A stretch of DNA of 64,000 bases, from the NCBI GenBank assembly GCA_037201605.1, contig JBBCGM010000001.1, positions 67,310-131,309 of the forward strand, in the 5' to 3' direction. The DNA is from Candidatus Moraniibacteriota bacterium. GTDB taxonomy: Bacteria; Patescibacteriota; Minisyncoccia; Moranbacterales; UBA1568. Below the pieces are notes generated by a model. It searched no databases. It was not told the origin of the DNA and saw only the letters and a program-made list of their open reading frames with translations. Positions 29,810 through 38,258 of this stretch are shown one piece after another (position 1 is the first letter of the stretch; every line of letters begins with the position of its first letter). The position numbers and the translations under genes were made by a program.

Positions 29810-31039
29810 TTATTCGTTGCTATCGTCAGTCTCCACGAGTTTTCCATCTACCAGCTTGTACCACTGATCTGCCTTCACTTTCTTCCCATCTACCTTGACT
29901 GATTTGACACGAAGAGGCTTAGCGTCAGTGAAGGCCTCACCTTCTTTCCATTCAGCAAGAACAAGGAAGCAACCTTTAGAGGCCTTGGCCTTGGCTTTCC
30001 GTCCGACTGCTACGGCGATGGCATCATCGCCGCTCGTAGCCGAGTGGGCGCCGTATCCGCTCGTAGCCGAGTTGGCGCGGTTTCCGCTCGTAGCCGAGTG
30101 GGCGTAGGTTCCGCTCGTAGCCGAGTGGGCGTCGTCTCCGCTCGTAGCCGAGTGGGCGTCGTCTCCGCTCGTAGCCGAGTGGGCGTCGTCTCCGCTCGTA
30201 AGCCGAGTGGGCGCCGTATCCGCTCGTAGCCGAGTTGGCGCGGTTTCCGCTCGTAGCCGAGTGGGCGTAGGTTCCGCTCGTAGCCGAGTGGGCGCCGTAT
30301 CCGCTCGTAGCCGAGTTGGCGCGGTTTCCGCTCGTAGCCGAGTGGGCGTAGGTTCCGCTCGTAGCCGAGTTGGCGCGGTTTCCGCTCGTAGCCGAGTGGG
30401 CGTCGTCTCCGCTCGTAGCCGAGTGGGCGTAGGTTCCGCTCGTAGCCGAGTGGGCGTCGTCTCCGCTCGTAGCCGAGTGGGCGTCGTCTCCGCTCGTAGC
30501 CGAGTGGGCGTAGGTTCCGCTCGTAGCCGAGTTGGCGCGGTTTCCGCTCGGTAGCCGAGTTGGCGCGGTTTCCGCCTCGTAGCCGAGTGGGCGTCGTCTC
30601 CGCTCGTAGCCGAGTTTTTCTTTGAAACTTTAGTAGCTTTCTCAAAAATGAAAGCTACAGAAGCATCGATGAAAGCTTTCAGATCAAGCTTCGCACCGAT
30701 CCTGATATGATTCGTAACTGATTTACTTCCGTCTGACTCCACCTTTCCCAGAGCTTCAACTTCCGTAAACTCATTCCCATCTCTGAGAGGATAAAATCCT
30801 AGAACATCTAAAGGATTCTCGCAGAAATGAAAACCGGTGGAGCAGAGCTCGGGATCACTCTCTTTTTTGTATTCTTTCCCCTCTTCGTATTGAAAGCTGC
30901 GGCATTTTAGCCCCTTCTCAAAACCCTTGTATCCCTTGATAACTTTTACTGATTTCTTTTTAGCTGGCATATGGTTGTTTTTTGATGCTGTAACAATTAG
31001 ATAAATAATTCCGACGCCGGCGAGAATGAAATAGAGCAT
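29810..31039 (-). CDS. repeat protein: N-terminal domain, about 21 nine-residue repeats (SGDDAHSAT-type), basic C-terminal domain
   Basis: N-terminus KGYKGFEKGLKCRSFQYEEGKEYK...CSTGFHFCENPLDVLGFYP resembles the conserved N-domain of phage/Firmicute pentapeptide-like repeat proteins. The ORF passes through all three frames of the 27-bp repeat. Confidence 0.55.
   Translation of the reverse strand: MLYFILAGVGIIYLIVTASKNNHMPAKKKSVKVIKGYKGFEKGLKCRSFQYEEGKEYKKESDPELCSTGFHFCENPLDVLGFYPLRDGNEFTEVEALGKVESDGSKSVTNHIRIGAKLDLKAFIDASVAFIFEKATKVSKKNSATSGDDAHSATRRKPRQLGYRAETAPTRLRAEPTPTRLRAETTPTRLRAETTPTRLRAEPTPTRLRAETTPTRLRAETAPTRLRAEPTPTRLRAETAPTRLRADTAPTRLRAEPTPTRLRAETAPTRLRADTAPTRLTSGDDAHSATSGDDAHSATSGDDAHSATSGTYAHSATSGNRANSATSGYGAHSATSGDDAIAVAVGRKAKAKASKGCFLVLAEWKEGEAFTDAKPLRVKSVKVDGKKVKADQWYKLVDGKLVETDDSNE
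30030..30616. repeat. about 21 tandem copies of a 27-bp unit (tccgctcgtagccgagtgggcgtcgtc and variants); no stop codon in any of the three minus-strand frames
   Basis: direct reading; variant cores ccgtat, gcggtt, gtaggt, gtcgtc; single-base insertions at about 30197, 30546 and 30575. Confidence 0.85.
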
Positions 31040-31547
31040 AGATTATCGACTTATTTTTTTTATTCCGCCCGCTTTTATGAGTTCCAATCTTTTTATGTTT
31101 TCCTCCGCTTGCTCGTCGCTGACTACGGGAGGTGGTGATGGTTTTCTTCTCAACTTCTCTGCCGCTGCCTGATTTTCTTTTTGTCTTTCTCTTTCTTTTT
31201 TTTAATGTTTCTGTAAGTAATCCAAAATCTTTTTTTAAAGCATTCTCCAGAAAGGCTAGATAATTTTTATATATCCTGCCGCGTGATCTGCAGTAGTTCA
31301 CCAGATCGTCAGCTTTCCCTGGATCTGTCCTGGGGTTGCATTATATTTTTCATTCAGCTTTTCCAAGACCTCTTCCGGTATCTTCTCCAAAAATGAGAGA
31401 AGGGCTTCCGGTTTCTTTTCTCTCTTCTCTTCTGTTCTACTCTCTTCTCTTCTCTTCTCTTCTAGTGGGACTTTTTCGGATTTTGTCCGGAGTTTTCTCG
31501 CATATTCATCCGAGTACTCTTCTATCTTCGGGATGTATAAATGCCCT

Positions 31548-31958
31548 CTAATAAGCTGTTTTTTTGTCTATAAGTTTCAAATCAGCTAACCGGTCTAATA
31601 TCAGGTCTGTCTTTTTTTGGTCAAAATTGGAAAAATTTGTCAGAAAAAATTTCCATTCTTTATCCTTTTTTACGATATATTTCTGTCCCTGAGCGCCTAC
31701 AATCTCCAAACAGATCCAATAAAACCCGTATCCTTCGAGTCCAAATTCCCGGATAATCACCTGGAGTTTGAGGTTGATGTGGGAGTCAGTATAGTGCTTA
31801 AGCCATCGCATACTCTTGATAATCAGTATCCAGAAAATTAGGCTCGTTGCTGGGAAATGCGATGTGGACGCCAGTCCTTTCGTTAAGGTGCCTATTGAGA
31901 GTCTCGTAAATTTTATCGATCTCACCTGTATTGAGATCTTTCGTACTTTCCTTTCCAA
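31548..31958 (-). CDS. DnaD/replisome-organizer-like N-terminal domain protein (DUF4373-like); rest of the gene probably continues through frame breaks in 31040..31548
   Basis: IREFGLEGYGFYWICLEIVGAQGQKYIVKKDKEWKFF...LILDRLADLKLID; downstream AG-rich region contains homopolymer runs and frame-broken coding potential. Confidence 0.45.
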   Translation of the reverse strand: MERKVRKISIQVRSIKFTRLSIGTLTKGLASTSHFPATSLIFWILIIKSMRWLKHYTDSHINLKLQVIIREFGLEGYGFYWICLEIVGAQGQKYIVKKDKEWKFFLTNFSNFDQKKTDLILDRLADLKLIDKKTAY

Positions 31959-32299
31959 GCTGCGTCATTTGCACTGGCCGCCAAAGATACTCTTTTACAG
32001 TGTGTGCATTCCAGGGAATATCTATCTCCTGTCGGATGACTTTACGCATGTCAAAGCGCAGCTTCATTGAGAGCATCGGCTACGAGTTGGAGATAGACGT
32101 GTAAAGCTTTATTTTGCTGAGATGTCCGTGTGCGTTGTACTGGTTTCACCTCGAGTTCAACATCTTTCCCCTCAAACTTCGCCAAGGGCAGCATGTCCTC
32201 CTTAGAGAAAGGTTGGAATTTCCCCCCAACAATGCGGCCGCGAATATTCATAGGTTTTCTATTTTTACCTCCCAACGATTCTTTTCGTTTTTCAACCAA
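31798..32299 (-). CDS. ninB: NinB-like recombination protein (split over two overlapping ORFs)
   Basis: QRTRTSQQNKALHVYLQLVADAL matches the lambda NinB RSLDQNRKLWACLGDV motif. C-terminal ORF carries STKDLNTGEIDKIYETLNRHLNERTGV, matching STSRMRVGEFAELLELIQAFGTERGV. Confidence 0.55.
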
Positions 32300-32577
32300 C
32301 CATGCAGAACAACGATCCAGCCGGCTCTTCTCAGGATCGGGTAGTATGGAGACCCGAAGATCTTTGTACGCCGCGCCGGCACCCCCTTAATAGAGGTTGT
32401 TTGTACACCGACCGTTTCTCCGTCTTTTACACAAACAATGTCAATGATGCCGAAGAGATCTTGCCGGATTCTTGCAAAAGGATTCCAATGTTCGACTACC
32501 TGGCAGTGGTAGCCGGCCTTTCTCATGTAATCGAGACTTCTTTTTGTCGGAGTGACTTTTTTAGTTGTTGTTGCCAT
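32248..32577 (-). CDS. small nuclease-like protein (PD-(D/E)xK, VRR-NUC or Hjc-like resolvase candidate)
   Basis: QDLFGIIDIVCVKDGETVGVQTTS segment; next to NinB, as in lambdoid nin regions. Confidence 0.3.
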   Translation of the reverse strand: MATTTKKVTPTKRSLDYMRKAGYHCQVVEHWNPFARIRQDLFGIIDIVCVKDGETVGVQTTSIKGVPARRTKIFGSPYYPILRRAGWIVVLHGWLKNEKNRWEVKIENL

Positions 32578-32591
32578 TTCTTTTTTTGTGT

Positions 32592-32668
32592 GGATCCGCC
32601 CGGAATCGAACCGGGTTCTCAGGGTTGCACGTTGGCCTTTACCCTGATCGAAGCCAATTCAGACCCAG
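32592..32668 (-). tRNA. lone tRNA 3' fragment (T-arm CCCGG-TTCGATT-CCGGG plus acceptor 3' strand CGGATCC-A) with no complementary 5' acceptor strand nearby
   Basis: manual reverse complement; preceded by an atypical 6-bp stem with a 15-nt loop; directly upstream of the 32577 ORF. Confidence 0.4.
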
Positions 32669-32675
32669 GAACTTC

Positions 32676-32810
32676 TTTTTAGAGATTGATAGGGAAGACT
32701 CACGCTTGTTGACAACGTCGTTATGAGAGGTTGCCCTTGCCGCTTTTTATTTCCGGTGTATACCCCAGAGAGTCTTCGGACGTACAAGCTCCCCTATCAA
32801 TCTCTAAAAT
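32676..32810 (-). ncRNA. structured non-coding element: perfect 18-19 bp inverted repeat enclosing about 97 nt
   Basis: ttttagagattgataggg (32677-32694) and ccctatcaatctctaaaa (32792-32809). Confidence 0.35.
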
Positions 32811-32823
32811 TGAAATGAACTTA

Positions 32824-32892
32824 GGGGGACGCTCTAGCCACTGAGCTATAGGAGCCGAAGCTCCTAGTCGGATTCGAACCGACGACCTCCCC
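32824..32892 (-). tRNA. circularly permuted tRNA-like unit P2: 3' half (GGGGA-GGTC-GTCGG-TTCGAAT-CCGAC-TAGGAGC), TTCG, then 5' half (GCTCCTA-TA-GCTC-AGTGGCTA-GAGC-G-TCCCC)
   Basis: acceptor 7/7 and anticodon stem 5/5 complementary between halves; canonical D-arm and T-loop; halves in reversed order with UUCG closing the acceptor stem. Confidence 0.45.
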
Positions 32893-32962
32893 GTGGGCTT
32901 GCTCAACTACTGAGCTACACAGCCCGAGAGCTGTGATGGGATTTGCACCCACGTCCTCGCCC
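32893..32962 (-). tRNA. circularly permuted tRNA-like unit P1, degenerate: 3' half (GGGCG-AGGAC-GTGGG-TGCAAAT-CCCAT-CACAGCT), CTCG, then 5' half (GGCTGTG-TA-GCTC-AGTAGTT-GAGC-A-AGCCC)
   Basis: acceptor 7/7 with one G-U; anticodon stem 4/5; non-canonical D loop (no GG) and T loop (TGCAAAT). Confidence 0.35.
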
Positions 32963-33559
32963 CCCTTAAATTCACTTCTGAAATGAACTAGTGGTGGCTG
33001 TTCTTACGATTTCTCAGTGTAATTAGCACCGATAGTCGTATGGAGATTTCCTAGCCTCAGAAATCCGTTCCCATTTCCATCCGCATAAGCATCAGGGGGG
33101 GTACGAGCAGCCAAGCCATCACTAGATCACTTCCTGAAATATCCGAGAGTGAGGAGGCAGGATTCTTGCTGAGAGCTTTTGACCCCGCAACAGACTATCC
33201 GGGCAACTGTTTCCTGCGACCTGCGAGAGCTTTTGGATATGGGATGTTACTTGCATTTACCTCCATATTTCTGACCTAGCCCGACTTCCCCGTCTCGATT
33301 GCAAGCGACTCCTCACTCTCGGATACCTCCTTATAAAACCTCTTTCTCTTCTTTAAACCTGACATCGAATTCTCTCAATGCTTCATCAGCCCAACGCGCT
33401 CCACCAAATTTACTCGTGCTATTTGATGCCTGAACGTAAGCAACATATACCTGTATCCATAAATCCTCTCTTCTTGCTTGATGTTCTGTTTCTCATAAAC
33501 GCTTTTAATGAGTTACTTCTTTTCGGCTTAGGCCTATAAAGACCCAAGACCGGAAAGAA

Positions 33560-34166
33560 CTAAAACGGGACGTCTTCGATCCGAATATCATCCTCATCAT
33601 CGAGATTGATAGTAGGGATCTCTTCATCCGGAACATGAGCAGAGGGAGCTTTGGCTGGCTGCTCAAAAGAAGCTTCCTTCTTTTCCTTCACAGTCGCCTT
33701 CTCCCTTTGCTTCGTCCGAGAGCGGATCTGCTTTGGATTTAGCCGGCATGAAGGAGTCAATGTTCGAGAAAACCTTCCCCTCTTTACCTTCCTTGTTCTT
33801 CACCACTACGCGGCACTGGTAGCCGATAAGCTTATTGATGAAGTCCGATCCGAACATGGCTTCCTCCTCCTGGGTCAGCTCACGCTTGATAATGGCCTCA
33901 GTGATCTCATAGAGAGCGTTCTTGCCATTCTTTCCGATATAGAGGAAGGTTGGGACGAAATTGCGCCAAATTGAGCGGCCGCGGAATTCGCCATCGTCAA
34001 GAACAACGAACTGGAATGAGAGGACATTCTCCATCACGCTTTTGTCGTTGTACGAAGGCTTCTCCTGCATTTCGATATCCAGGAGTTCTACCTGATACAC
34101 GTCTTCTGGCAATGGGTCGAAGGTCTTACCTTCTTTGACTGGGAAACTGATGTTGCTTGGTAGCAT
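33560..34166 (-). CDS. phage ssDNA-binding-type protein with SSB-like acidic C-terminal tail (two ORFs joined by a frame break)
   Basis: C-terminus NLDDEDDIRIEDVPF resembles the SSB DDDIPF tail; ORFs 33663..34166 and 33560..33760 overlap. Confidence 0.4.
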
Positions 34167-34187
34167 ATATTTTTTCCTTACGAGGGA

Positions 34188-34641
34188 TTACTTGATTTGC
34201 AAATTTTGATGTTCTTCAATGCGTGCTCCACTCACCTCTTCTCCGTTCTCCAAAGCCTCTTTTATGGCCTTTTTATCAGGCGTTCTTGAGGTCTTGGTAA
34301 CGACAAAACGTTCTGGAAGCAACGCAATATTGTCTATTTCTACCGTCTTTGATTCTCGGAACGAGAGCTTAGCTATGTCTGTTTCGACCTTCTTGATGCC
34401 GTTCCGTTGCATCGAGTACGAGACGTAACTTCTTAGGTTCTCAGCTTTGTTTTTGAAGCTTGCCTGAAGCTTTTTGTAGACGCTCGATCTCAGAGCCTAT
34501 GGCCTCAGAAGAGACCTCCAGGTTCCGGACGAAGCGCACGATGTTGTCCACCTTCTCGCTCATTTGACCTTCTACCGCATCCAGATACTCCACGAGAGCG
34601 GGGGTTATCACCCGCCATTTCGTCGAGCTTGGCGTAGGCAT
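34188..34641 (-). CDS. siphovirus Gp157-like protein (split over two ORFs)
   Basis: C-terminal EIDNIALLPERFVVTKTSRTPDKKAIKEALENGEEVSGARIEE matches the Gp157 family tail; N-terminal coiled coil in 34441..34641. Confidence 0.5.
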
Positions 34642-34814
34642 CGGTCAATTCATAAGTTTTAGTCCCTGATTCATAAGCTTTTTTCTGCTGCGATTACTTC
34701 AAGAAGAAAACTGTACATATTCCCTGAAGCCGAAGAATACTAATGGAATCATGCACAGAACGAAGAGGATGATGGCGTAGGGAGTAAGTTCTGCTTTCAT
34801 ATTTTTAGAGTGAC

Positions 34815-35405
34815 TTATACACATTCATGCACCGCTCGATATACCAGCCATTCGTTGTCTTTGGCGATTCCATTGTGATTCTTACAGAAGAGTTCAGGAT
34901 TGTACTTGTACTTGGCGCCATATTCAGCTGCCCACCGGGCGCTCCACTCAAAGTCATTTGCCTGCGTTTCGGTGATATCAGGATGTGCCGGAAGATAGAT
35001 CTGAAAGGCTCCGAAGGAATATCCGCCATCGCAATGTCCGGGCTGAATCTCGCAGTCGAGATTGAGATTGCATTCGCTTTCTACCTGACAGACGCTCCAG
35101 AGCAGCTTCCAATCAATGTTTTCTTCCTGGGAGACTCGTTTAATGATTTCAAAGGCGGTGCCAGAGGTATGAGTATTGATTGCTCCTGCCGCCTTTGAAA
35201 CATCCCCCTGCTCTCCGACCAAGACAGGGTTTTCGGAGCTGACGCTTGGCTCCGGGCCGTTGTCCTCGTACGCGTGTGCCACCTCGATAATGAGAGGTTG
35301 AGAGAGTTCTGCGTGGAGTTCCTTCACCTGTGCCAGTACGATTATCCAGAACATGAGGATCGCGAGACACAGGATTCCTATTGTTTCTTTTTGTTTTTGT
35401 TTCAT
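34815..35405 (-). CDS. membrane-anchored lytic transglycosylase-like protein (SLT-like)
   Basis: N-terminal TM; WSVCQVESECN ... GYSFGAFQI resembles the SLT catalytic ES ... GxMQI region. Confidence 0.4.
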   Translation of the reverse strand: MKQKQKETIGILCLAILMFWIIVLAQVKELHAELSQPLIIEVAHAYEDNGPEPSVSSENPVLVGEQGDVSKAAGAINTHTSGTAFEIIKRVSQEENIDWKLLWSVCQVESECNLNLDCEIQPGHCDGGYSFGAFQIYLPAHPDITETQANDFEWSARWAAEYGAKYKYNPELFCKNHNGIAKDNEWLVYRAVHECV

Positions 35406-35451
35406 TTGGTGTGGGACATCTCAGCCCCGACTGCCACCCGTAACCCAGTCT

Positions 35452-35727
35452 TTAATGGATAAGTGATAATTGATTACTTCTTCCTTGTGCGAGTTCAAAT
35501 ATGGAAGCCATGCCGTTGTCTGATCGCCATTTCTGCTCTAGTTCCTCGCCTTTCTGATCGATTGGGAGAATCCGCTGAAGGCTCCGTCTCAGGCAGTTGG
35601 CCTGGTAGGCTTGCTCGGGCGTAATTCCTACCAGAATGGCAATAGTTTTGTTCATGTGCGCCCGATCTTTGAACTCCGGATTGAGTGCATAGAACCGATC
35701 AATGACTTTTCGTGGTACAGCTTCCAT
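35452..35727 (-). CDS. hypothetical protein
   Basis: 91-aa ORF. Confidence 0.3.
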   Translation of the reverse strand: MEAVPRKVIDRFYALNPEFKDRAHMNKTIAILVGITPEQAYQANCLRRSLQRILPIDQKGEELEQKWRSDNGMASIFELAQGRSNQLSLIH

Positions 35728-36231
35728 AGGCTTATACTCCGATACCTTCTTCCATCGCTGCGTTCTTTTTCGAGGAAAGGATGTCTTTTGCTTTGCTCAC
35801 ATGGTAGTGATGCAGAGCGTTTCCCTCGTAATAAGCTCCTGACTCCTCCAGTTGCCCGAAGGTGATAACCTCCCGAAAGAGGTTTTTTGCCCACACAAGC
35901 GTTCGCCGTGAGCGCTGTCTGGACTTCTTGTTGGCTCAACATATGCTTGTTGAGGTGATCGACGGAGGAGGGAGTTACCACTCCACCCGCCATCGATCAC
36001 CTGTAACTCCTGAAGCTGTGAAACGCCGCTTCTTTCGCGTTTTGATTCCCTCTTTGTTGGCCACCCTTCCAGCTACTGCCTTTCGGTGTACGCACAGGGG
36101 GGCTACCTGATCTTTGACCAACAAGGAGGGAACCAGTTTTTTGAAGCCGTACTTTGCATGCCGGGTCGTATTGCCCGAGGGTTTCTGGCTCTGAGGAGGA
36201 GACACAGCGACTTGCCTCTCCTTTTCAAAGA

Positions 36232-36262
36232 AAAAAAACCCGTTTCTTGACGGGTTTTCGTT
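36232..36262. terminator. rho-independent terminator hairpin (cccgtttcttgacggg then ttttcg)
   Basis: GC stem followed by T run at the phage/host junction. Confidence 0.5.
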
Positions 36263-36280
36263 GCTTTGTGATAAGAAAAA

Positions 36281-36305
36281 ACCCATCATTTCTGATGGGT
36301 GAGGG
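36281..36305. terminator. second terminator-like hairpin (cccatcatttctgatggg)
   Basis: stem-loop preceded by an A run (minus-strand terminator). Confidence 0.4.
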
Positions 36306-36341
36306 ATGTTTTAAGGCTTGTTTAGGGGCTTTGTCGAACAA

Positions 36342-37242
36342 CTACCATTGTACGACACCCGCGTTTCTATTTCTTCTGCTCCCTCTTTGAGACCAGGCCG
36401 GTAAAGGCGTCAAAGTGGATCTGACTCTCAGGAATAGCAAGGCCCGAGGAGCAAAGCTTTCATGGGCCTCATTAAAGGATGGTGAGCCCACGACATAGTA
36501 CACGCTGCCGATGGGATTGTCCACGTGGCGGTCCAAAAGCGCAGCGTCGATAAATCCGCGCTCATCAAGCTCTCCTTGGCTCGGTGCCGTCTCGTGATCC
36601 AAAACGTCAACATAGTGAAAATTGGCTAAAGAGAGGCCTCGCAACTCAGCTCCGAAAGAAATATCCTCACGGCTCCGGTTGGCATAGAGAAGCGTGAAGC
36701 TCTCGGCACTACCGGTAAGGGTTCGCTTCCTTCAAGATGCTCCGCACTGGAGTAATACCAATCCCACCCACGATAAAGACAAGAGGTCTGGTCTCCGTAG
36801 CTTCCAGTACGAATTTGCCGATAACCGGAGTGATAGAGGCTTCCTCGCCAGGCTGCATAGCCCACAAAGCCTTCTTAAACGGGCTTTGGGTATTACGCAG
36901 GGCGAAACCCAATCGTTCTTCATGCGGGGCAGAGCAAATCGAAAGCGAGCGTACCGGGCCCTGCGGATCGGGCTCGGAAAGATTGGGCAAACGCAGCACC
37001 GTATACTGACCCGCCCTAAACGTAAAATCAGCCGGCTTTTCAAACCAGAACACGGATGTGTCACGGGCTATTTCTTCACGGGCAAACAAGGCGGATGTTT
37101 TGCATAGAGAGTAATGGGCTATTAGTCTATTGTAAAAAGCGCTTTTCAGACTGTCAAAGTTTCTCAGCATCCTGGAAAACATCTTCGAACGCCTCCCACT
37201 CCAGAAGCATGGTAATGAGGCGTGCCAGCTTTTCGCTGTCAT
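36342..37242 (-). CDS. ferredoxin-NADP reductase-like FAD/NAD-binding oxidoreductase (fragmented into 3 ORFs)
   Basis: FTFRAGQYTVLRL ... SICSAP ... LVFIVGGIGITP; C-terminal NAD-domain pieces in 36342..36865. Confidence 0.5.
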
Positions 37243-38244
37243 GGCGAATGAAAGAGCGGTAGCGGGGCTACCGCATCAACCTTGCTTTTCACCACCTGCT
37301 TACGGGAGAGCAGATCAGTTGCAATGACTTTGGCGCGCTTGGCCGTTTTCGGACGCTCTCCGGAGAGGACAAGTTCGCTGTCTTCCTTTCGATAGCGGGC
37401 GAGAAGTGTCGCACTGGGACGGCGCTTATTGAATGTGACGAAATCGATGCGTTCGCCTCCCAAGAAGCGATTAATCTCGGCTACATAATCCCAAAGTGCA
37501 AACCCATCCGTGTGCCCCCGCTTGTTCACGAGGTTACAATTGTAGACTACTGTAGCTCGCGAGCGTCGGATAGCTTCCGGAATGCCTGGCACCAAGAGAT
37601 TGGGGCAGAATGCTGCAATAATGATTGCCGGGCCCGATGACAATCAAATCGGCCTCGCGGATCTTCTGCAGGGCATTCGGATTGGCTACCGGTTTTGGCT
37701 CCAGGAAAGTGCGGCGGATACCCGTGCGGCCAAGCCTCTTATCGGTATTAATAGCATGTTCACCGCGCAGCTTAGTACCATTTTTGAGCGTCACGCAGAG
37801 CTCCGTATCCGAACTCGTCACCGGCAGCACTTCGCCGCGGACGTTCAGAAGAGTGGCAGCCTCATGCACGGCTGAAAGAAAATCACCTGTGATCTTTTCA
37901 AGAGCGGAAAGCAAGAGGTTGCCGAAACTGTGGCCGGAGAGGCCGCCATGCTCAAATCGGTATGTCATGAGATCGCGAAGCGTTTCCGAGGAATCGGAAA
38001 GGGCTACCAGGCACTGGCGCACGTCACCCGGAGGCAGAACGCCCAGCTCGTCGCGCAAGATGCCGGTACTGCCGCCATCGTCTGCCATAGAGACAATAGC
38101 CGAGAGCTCGGACTGGATACTGCTTGAGGCCCGAAAGAGCGTAAAGCTGCCTGTCCCGCCGCCGATAGTAACAATCTTTTTCATCAGTCGGAGCGCTGGG
38201 AATCGAACCCAGACTAGATGGTCCCAAACCACCCGTACTACCAC
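37239..38244 (-). CDS. yvcK: YvcK/CofD-family protein (gluconeogenesis-factor-like), split in two
   Basis: KKIVTIGGGTGSFTLFRA ... IVSMADDGGSTGILRDELGVLPPGDVRQCLVALS; C-half ADLIVIGPG ... LLVPGIPEAI in the second ORF. Confidence 0.6.
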
Positions 38245-38258
38245 TATACGACGCTCCG
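38188..38258 (-). tRNA. tRNA-Pro (anticodon UGG, G37)
   Basis: manual fold: acceptor CGGAGCG/CGCTCCG, anticodon arm GGTGG-TTTGGGA-CCATC, T-arm CTGGG-TTCGATT-CCCAG. Confidence 0.7.

Noticed and set aside
30030-30616. 27-bp tandem repeat array considered as a CRISPR array
   Set aside because: Units are contiguous with no unique spacers, lie inside an ORF open in all three frames, and no cas genes are nearby. It is a coding tandem repeat.
30010-30645. ORFs 30010..30645 (-), 30044..30229 (+), 30207..30554 (+) and 29895..30107 (+) as separate genes
   Set aside because: They are alternative-frame or antisense readings of the same stop-free 27-bp repeat (RRRPLGYE, GAVSARSRV) and not independent genes.
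30960-31547. 113-aa Lys/Arg-rich low-complexity ORF and CT-rich simple repeat (31421..31470) as a histone-like gene or regulatory repeat
   Set aside because: Manual translation across frames shows fragments of ordinary coding sequence (KKPEALLSFLEKIPEEVLEKLNEKYN), consistent with the frame-broken 3' part of the DnaD-like replication gene. The low-complexity ORF is probably a frame artefact.
32592-32668. Intact tRNA gene adjacent to the 32577 ORF
   Set aside because: T-arm and acceptor 3' strand are present, but no complementary 5' acceptor strand, D-arm or anticodon arm can be built. Recorded as a 3' fragment only.
32824-32962. Reading the tRNA halves as two conventional tRNAs or as one intron-containing tRNA
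   Set aside because: In genomic order the 5' halves cannot pair with the 3' halves that follow them (acceptor strands non-complementary). Only the reversed (permuted) pairing gives 7/7 and 5/5 stems. The downstream 3' fragment at 32592 has the wrong acceptor sequence to serve as a 3' exon.
35975-36289. 104-aa ORF MMGFFLSQSNENPSRNGFFFFEKE
   Set aside because: Its N-terminus is the translation of the two terminator hairpins at 36232..36305. It is likely not a real gene, or at best a much shorter one.
273-36300. Integrase and attL/attR boundaries of the prophage
   Set aside because: No tyrosine- or serine-recombinase-like ORF and no flanking direct repeat were found inside the window. The left boundary probably lies outside the window, so boundaries are left undefined.
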